A DNA stretch of 64,000 nucleotides. It comes from Fonticula alba ATCC 38817 (Eukaryota; Protista; Nucleariida). The stretch lies in NCBI GenBank assembly GCA_000388065.2, contig KB932208.1. One strand, given 5' to 3'. Below the pieces are notes generated by a model. It was not told where the DNA came from. It saw only the letters and a program-made list of their open reading frames with translations, and searched no databases. The translations under genes and the position numbers were made by a program. Position 1 is the first letter of the stretch. Each line of letters starts with the position of its first letter. Of the stretch, positions 57,575 to 64,000 are shown piece after piece.

Positions 57575-57952
57575 AGGGGGGGGGGGGGGGGGGGGGGGGG
57601 AGGCGTAGGCGCCTGCCGGGGACGAGGCCGGTTTGCATGCGAGGAGGCGACCCTGCTCAAAGCGCACCATCGAGTCCTTGGACAGGCGGCCGACGACTTG
57701 GCCAGCGCGGACATCCCGCACGAGGCCCGACTGCGTGGCCGAGGTGGGGTCATCGTCACAGGTGGCAGACGCACCGTCCGTGCCGGCGTCATTACCCCCA
57801 TCGGCGTCCAGCCCACCAGGGGGCGCCGAGTAGCAGGGGTCCACCGCGCCGGCACAGCCCTCCGCATCGTTTTGAATCTTGCCCTGTAGCTCAATCATGG
57901 CCACAGGCAGGGGATATGCCCCTTCGGGAACATCCACCATGATGGTGGCCAT
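56912..57952 (-). CDS. CTF8: Chromosome transmission fidelity protein 8 (Ctf18-RFC subunit). Model complement(join(56912..56919,57121..57415,57668..57952)); the last micro-exon is uncertain and unspliced read-through would end at 56987
   Basis: AMIELQGKI..GQVVGRL, YVLTIGRHRLRGKVAPLKKPLVVLKK and YSVVAILKEKLVFAARPEPV match Ctf8 (IELQG, IGxHxLxGK..LxKPxAVLxK, IxxKLxFxxRP). Phase-0 intron 57667..57416. Confidence 0.85.
57508..57600 (+). repeat. Poly-G tract (about 93 nt, one TA interruption) in CTF8 intron 1
   Basis: Directly visible. Confidence 0.9.
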
Positions 57953-58352
57953 GTTCGAGGGTCAGGGGCGAGCTGTTTCGAATGCGCCGAGGAGCGACAG
58001 AGGGGGCAACGGGCTGGTAGGGCTATTCAACAGGGGGGAAAGAGCAGTGGGGCTGTTTTATGCCCGCCTCAATGGGTTGCTCCCCTTTCTCCCTCCTCCG
58101 GTTTTCAGGCGAGATCCCCCCTCGATGGTCCTCCCCCTTCCCCACACCGAAAACATCAGTCTCCCGAGGGAGACACGGGCAGAAGCATCGAAGCCCCCCC
58201 CCCCCCTCCGGGCGTGGTGTGCCGAAGTAACAGCCTTTTTAAAATACGGTGTATTTTGGTTGGCACATGGTCATATGATCAAGGGCCGCGCCGATCGGCG
58301 CCCGGGGCGGTTGTCGTCTTCCCCCCTCCCCGCCCCGGGAGAGGCAGCCCAC

Positions 58353-61300
58353 TCAGGCCAGGCCCTGGTAATAGGCGGTCAGGGCCTTGGGCGGCTGGTA
58401 GCCCGAGCGGAGGGGCGAGGAGCGGTTGACTTGCACCGAGCATGGCTGCCCCAGGAGAGCGAGCTTTGGCAGTGGCGAATTGGATTTGTCAGTGCGCGTG
58501 TGTGTACGTGTGGCAGGGGCATTTTGAGCGCCACATGCGTCCGGCGTGCTCGTATGCGGCGCGTACCTGATCCGGAGAGCTGGTTCGGGGGACAAAGTAG
58601 GCAATGTGAGGGGAGATCTTGTGGCACGCCTCGAAGATGGCATCACTGGTGCAGGCCGCCGGCATGGGGGATGTCAGTGGGGGGGGGGAAGGGGACGCAG
58701 GAGTCAAGGCGCGCGTGATGGAAAGGGGAGAGGGGAAGGCCCCGTCAGGACGCACGCCGGAGGGGAAACCATGTTCACGCAATCAAACTGCCCGCTGCCA
58801 ATCAAATTGTCCCGGTGGGCATTGATATGCCCCCGGGAGTTCGACGACCCGGCATATACCACGCCGCCCCATGGCGGACTGAGGAAGATGATATCCGCCT
58901 TTGGGGGGGAGTGCAAAGGGATGGTGGCGGGGAGATGGGGAGGAGGCAGGTCAGAGGGGAGGCCAGCTAAAGTCGGCACAGTGGCGCCCACATGCGCACC
59001 TCAAGGGTTCCATTGTGCGCCAGCTCGAGGAAATCACCCTGGATGAAGGTGATCCGGTCATGGACACCATACACCCGGGCGTTGTTCTCGGCCATGGCCA
59101 GGCGGAAGGGATCCAGATCGATGGCGATGACTGGAATGGGTGAGTGGGGCGCAGGGGGCGCGGAGGGTGAGGCACGGAGCACGATGGTACCACAAGCCCC
59201 GAAGGGCGGGCCGAAGAGGGGAGAATCGAAGGTGGACGTACCTTGTGCGCCCAGTCGAGCAAAGGCAATGGAGTTGCCGCCAGCACCGCAGAAGGGGTCC
59301 AGCACGATCAGCCCTGGGCGCAGACACTGCTCGTCCAGCGAGAAGGACCCGAGACAGCGCTGGGCAATGTCGAGGGCGATCTTCTCCGGGGTCACCGAAA
59401 ACCAAGACTCCCGGTCCATATGGATTCCCTGGTCGAAGCGGGAAAAGAGCTGGTAGCGCTGGGCAAAGTACTTCAGCATGGCTGGCTCAAAGTGCTCGCG
59501 CTTGGCAAGGACCAGCTCGCGGTAGCGAGCCTGAAAGGCAGGCGTCCCGCGGTGGGCGAAGCAAAACTCGGCCACGGCGTCGGACGGAGAGCCGGCCCCC
59601 CGTTGACGAGTGTCGCGAGTGGATCGGCCTCTCTGGCCGCCGGTCTGGCCGTTTTGCCGGGGAGCCGAGGAGCCGCCACGCGATGGGGCATCAGATGCCG
59701 CGGACCAGCCACCGGGAGTGGAGGTGCGATTGCCAGCCTGGTGGTTGTCCGCATCATCGTCATCATCACCAGCACCATGGTTGTTGCCATACTCCTCGAC
59801 GCATCCTTCGGAGGAGTCGGCATCGGAGTCGGCATCGGAGTCGGCATCCGAATCACTGTCCTCACTCGCACTCGAGCAGTCAGACATGGAGTCGGAGCCG
59901 TCGGAGTCGTCGGCCTCTTCGGAATCGGTCAGCATGGTGTCACTGTCCTCGTCCCCGGAGGTGGCATCCGTGGCGTCGCTGCTGTCGGCGTCGATGTCAT
60001 CGCTGTCAGCCTCATCACCAGACGCGGTGTCCTCCTGATCGTCCTCGGCCTCCTCGCGCATGCGACGACTGTGCCGAATGGCACGCGCCCGGCGCCAAAC
60101 ATTGTACTCATCCAAGCCCTTGGTCTTGAGGAGATACTCATCATCCATGAAGTCTACACGGCGGCGGGAGGTCAGCGAAGGAAAACAGCAGGGGAGAGAG
60201 AAAGAGAGGGAGGGAGAGAGAGAGGGAAAAGCACAGGAAGCATGGGCCTCGTGGGTTTATGCAGTGCGCACCCTCATCGCAGCCGGCCTTTCGCGTGTCG
60301 ACGCGCTGCTCGACGATGCGCACGCCGCGCGAAAAGTATGACGAGAAGTCGCCGACACTGGAGCCGGCCACCTCAGCCTCGGTGGCATCCAACGAGGACA
60401 CCGGCAGTGAGGCCTCGGTGTCGGAGTCCGAATCGAAGACAATGTGCAGCCGGCGAACCTGGGCATGCGAGCGGAAAAGCGGCGCCACGGTCAAACTCTC
60501 CCCTTCATCCGACCGATCGTCCTCCAGCTCGTCGAGCAAATCCTCCGGGATGCTGGGGTCCTGCTCTTCATCGGGGGCAGTCCGCTCGATCAATTCGGCC
60601 GAGGCTTGCTCATAGTCGGCGATGATTGAGTGGCGACTGCCCGGGGCCGATGAGGACACGGCGCCCGGGGCCATGGTGGCCGCCAGGACGGGGCCCACAT
60701 CCGGCAAGGTCGGCAGATTCGGATATCCCGGGACCTGAACCGATGGCAGGGGGAAGGCCGGGGGCAGGGGCATCGGCAAGGGAGCAACCGCCGCTCGGCG
60801 GCGCTTGGCCGTGTGTGTCAGAGGAGGCTCCGCCCCCGACGGGGAAGAGGAGTCATCCTCAGAGTCAGAGTCATCTGAGGAATCACTGTCGGCCGTGAGG
60901 ATCGAGAAGGAGATCGAGGGCTTGACCTTGTCGGACTGATCGGAGTCGGATTCCGACATGGGGTCGGGCTCGAACTTCGGCCCGGGCGTGGGCAGGGGCG
61001 CATGCTTGGGCTCGAGATTGGCCGGTTGCTTGGCATGGCAGGCGGATGCCGGCGCCGCCAGCGAGCGAAGATGCGTCGCCTGGGCCAGCAGGAGTTCCTC
61101 CATGGCGGCAAGGCGTCTTTCCGTGGACTTTGCCAGGGACGCCTGGCCCTCGAGCAGCTGAGCCAGCTGTTCTTGCGTGCGATCGACCGATGCTTGAAGT
61201 CGGGCAAGAGCATCGGCCTCATGGGCAGCGGTATCCTGGACCTGTTGCTCTAGGCGCCGAGCCGACTCCAAGGTTAGGAAGCCCACCTTCTCGGAGCGCA

Positions 61301-62096
61301 GGCGCGCCGCCCGGGCCCACTCCATGGGCGAGAGATGGAAGGCCGATGGCGCGGCCTCGCCATTCAGTGGGGAATTGGCCGAGGGGAAGCCGCCGGCCAT
61401 GCCCATGCGCCAAGGCCAGAAGATCTCCTCGCCAACAGGGATAGAGCCGCCAGGGGGGGCAGGCATCAAATCCGCCGGATGTCTGGGCAGGATGAAGTCC
61501 CCAAAGTGTTGGGCATCCCCCGGGCGCAGGGGCGACCGGAGGAAGGTGTGGTCCAGCGAGTGGGTGTCCGAAGTGTGCTGTGCGGTGTCCGAAGCGAAGG
61601 GGTTGTACGGCGCGTAGGAGATGTCATTGTCGACCGGCTTGGAGGGTGGCGAATCGTGGCAGGGGCCGGCCTCGCTCACGGCCTCCGGAGGGGAATCATC
61701 CTGGTCGGGCTCTTGGGGAGGACCATCCTGGTCGGGTTCCTGAGGAGGATCATCCTGATGGGGGCCCTCCTCGGAGGCGGGAGACTCTTCGGAGGAGGGG
61801 GAGAACATCCAGCGCAGCGGCGAGGTGACCAGACGATAAAGGAGGGAGGGGGGTGGGCTGGGGACGGCTGGGGCATCACCAACCACCAGGGCATTGGCAA
61901 CTGCGGCAATATCCGTGCCATGGGCAGGGGGGCTGGCTGTGGGCGACCTCAGATGGGACTGCCGAGTCGAGGCCTTCTCCGCTTGTGGGCGTTGGAGCCC
62001 AGTGGCTCGGCGTCTGGTTGAGGATTGCGAGCTTTGCCGGGAGGCCACAGGGGCCGAGCTAACAGGAGGCATGCCGACCTGGGCGGAGGGGTCCAT
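58353..62096 (-). CDS. TGS1: Trimethylguanosine synthase with a long low-complexity N-terminal extension. Model complement(join(58353..58463,58567..58645,58756..58898,59000..59130,59242..60153,60272..62096))
   Basis: KYFAQRYQLFSRFDQGIHMDRESWFSVTPEKIA, VLDPFCGAGGNSIAFA, VIAIDLD..AENNARVYGV..ITFIQGDF, DIIFLSPPWGG, IAYFVPR, KALTAYY. A phase-1 intron GTGCGC(60271)..TAG(60154) with GCTGAC branch links ORF 60141..62096 in frame; that link is less certain than the catalytic exons. Confidence 0.88.
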
Positions 62097-62789
62097 TCTG
62101 GAAGCGTGGGGGCGGAGGGAGCCGCCACTGCCGGTCGTAGTGTCGAGGAGAGGGCGAGGGGGATGGGCTCACGAGACAGGGGAGGGGAAACGTCCAGCCG
62201 GCAAAGACGGGCACCTGGGGGGACTGGAGAGAGGGGATTATGGGGGAGGGGGTGGGAGGGGAAAAGGGGAGGGGGAAAGGGTGCCAAGAGGCGCGCACTC
62301 CCGGGCCCACAGGGGCCATGCTCTTGACCGGGGCAGCTGGCGGGCGGGGAGGGCGGACGAAGGACCCCGGAGGGGAAAGAGAACCGACGACCAAGATGGC
62401 ATGCCTGCATGGCGCGCGCGCGCCACGCATGACTCTCGGGATTCCGTGGGCAGGAGTCCATTGGCAGTTGTTGCGTTGTGGAAGGGTGTGTGCGCATTTT
62501 TGACATCGGGCACCACCTTGGGGGGAGTCCCGGGGGAGGAGGACAGCCGGGGAGGAAAGGAGGGAAAAGAAGGGTGTGGAGGTTTGGTTGCCTCGCCGCC
62601 GGCCCTCCCCTTTCCGGAAAGACCAACACCGGAGGGGACGATCGTTTGGATGTTTATTGGGAGTCGCGATGTGGGTGTGTATGAACGTGCTTGGGCATGT
62701 CCCGGATACAGGTGCGTCGAGGGGAGGGCGGGGGGATATGTCAGGCGGGCGGGCCGGTAGTCAGACTTGTGTGCCGCTGCGCCGGGCCA

Positions 62790-63365
62790 TCAATCGTCCT
62801 TGATGCCGGTGCCGGGAGCGGCGGTCGTAGCCCGAGCCGGGGCCTTGAGGGACATAACCCCGAGGAAGGCAAGGACCACCGACACGCCCAGGACAATCAG
62901 ACCAGCCGGCAGGGCCACGGCCCAGTAGCGGTCGGGGAAGAAGGCGTGGATGGTTTGGTCGGCGTCGACAAAGGGCTGTGCCATGGGCCGAGGGGTGTCA
63001 GAGGGAGCCCAGGGCGGCGGGGCAAGAGAAAGGGCTATTGGGGATAGAGCGAGCTGTCGGCATGGACTTGGCCTTCGGCATAATGGTGGACTTTTGGGTG
63101 GACGCACCATGATGATCACCCACATGGTGTAGTACAGGAAAATCAGCGTCGACACCAGGATGACAGTGACACCCACGGTGCGGTCAGTAAGGACACCCTG
63201 TTAAGGGAAAGGGTACCAGAGGCACAAGCCAGGGGGGGGGGGGGGAGCCGGGGAAGAGAGACCGGGGCGAGGGGGAGAAGGGAGGAGGGAGGGGCGGTTA
63301 GTTGAGGGGCATCTATTGGACGGGGGCCCGGGAGAGTGGAAGGGGGAGAGGGGGAATCTGACCAT
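62790..63365 (-). CDS. DPM2: Dolichol-phosphate mannosyltransferase regulatory subunit 2. Model complement(join(62790..62975,63108..63197,63363..63365))
   Basis: TDRTVGVTVILVSTLIFLYYTMWVIIM|PFVDADQTIHAFFPDRYWAVALP matches DPM2 (TDQVVG..IFTYYTAWVILLPF.D..H.IH..F..R..AVAIP). The ATG-only first exon is inferred from ATG|GTCAGA at 63365-63357. Confidence 0.88.
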
Positions 63366-63673
63366 ATTGGCAGGGCTCGGATTTCTCTCTTTCTCTCTCG
63401 CTCTCAATCAGGAAGAGGGGGGAGGAGGGGGGGGGGGGAGGCGAAAGCAGGCAAAGGAGGCGAGGGGGGCTGCTCCCCAGGTCAACAGGCCGGGGGGTGC
63501 CTCTGGCGTGCCTGAAGAGGCCTAGCCTCCTTGCGGCCTCAGATCGCCGCCGGTGGGCATGTGCTGTGCGCATGTGCTAGACAGCTTGCCCCCTCCTCGC
63601 CAGAGTGTCGCTAGAGGGCGGGCTTCAATGGTCACGGAGGGGCCCTTCTTTCGCAAGAGGGGTCGGGTCCGTT

Positions 63674-63705
63674 GTGCGTGTGTATGTGTGTGTGTGTATG
63701 TGCGT

Positions 63706-63756
<51 letters not shown>
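63674..63756 (+). repeat. (GT)n microsatellite, imperfect at its 5' end
   Basis: Directly visible GT repeat upstream of DPM2. Confidence 0.9.
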
Positions 63757-63757
<1 letters not shown>

Positions 63758-64000
63758 TGGGTGTTGGACTACCCGCGCCAGGCGGGGCAAAAGCGCAGCC
63801 CGAAGGGCGACATGCAAAGTGGGGGCGTCAAATGCGGCGAGAAGTATCACATGTCACGCCAAATCACGCGGACATCCCATGCACAAAGCATGGGCTTGGA
63901 TCAGTGTCTGAGACTTGGGCCGGCCCCCTGGTCGTGTTCCTCCGTTGTGTGTGAGCGCGTGGCCTCTCGTCGTTCGGCTCTCTTCCTTGCCCGCGCGCGT

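Noticed and set aside
60141-60148. Stop/start overlap ATGGATGA between ORF 60141..62096 and the TGS1 ORF, resembling translational coupling
   Set aside because: A canonical phase-compatible intron (60271..60154) explains it as one spliced gene.

Overview
Intron-rich, high-GC eukaryotic genomic DNA with short GT-AG introns (donors mostly GTGCGT/GTACGT/GTATGT, branch-like CTRAC), microsatellites, long G runs and six N gaps. It is not prokaryotic, and I saw no CRISPR array, rRNA, tRNA or clear transposon. The gene mix (fungal-type TMEM170 and USV1-like zinc finger alongside the AP-4 accessory protein tepsin) suggests an early-branching holomycotan such as the nucleariid Fonticula; this is inference only. 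I could build phase-consistent models for 15 genes: an FGxF-rich adaptor accessory protein, tepsin, TMEM170-like, a homeodomain protein, SETD3-like methyltransferase, a coiled-coil orphan, farnesyltransferase beta, a Diaphanous-type formin, a C2H2 transcription factor, a vWA/Cys-rich type I membrane protein, M28 aminopeptidase, RPL29, CTF8, TGS1 and DPM2. Three signals stand out. (1) An integrin-beta/SibA-like receptor at 43478-47234 with a MIDAS vWA domain, Cys-rich stalk, small-residue-rich TM helix and two NPxF motifs spaced exactly as in integrin beta tails. (2) An isolated P4-ATPase (flippase) exon lying antisense inside a formin intron between G runs, with splice sites that could make it an in-frame formin exon. 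(3) A homeodomain protein that appears to pair a PBX-type PBC-B region with a non-TALE homeodomain. All family calls come from motif recognition by eye; no database search was run.
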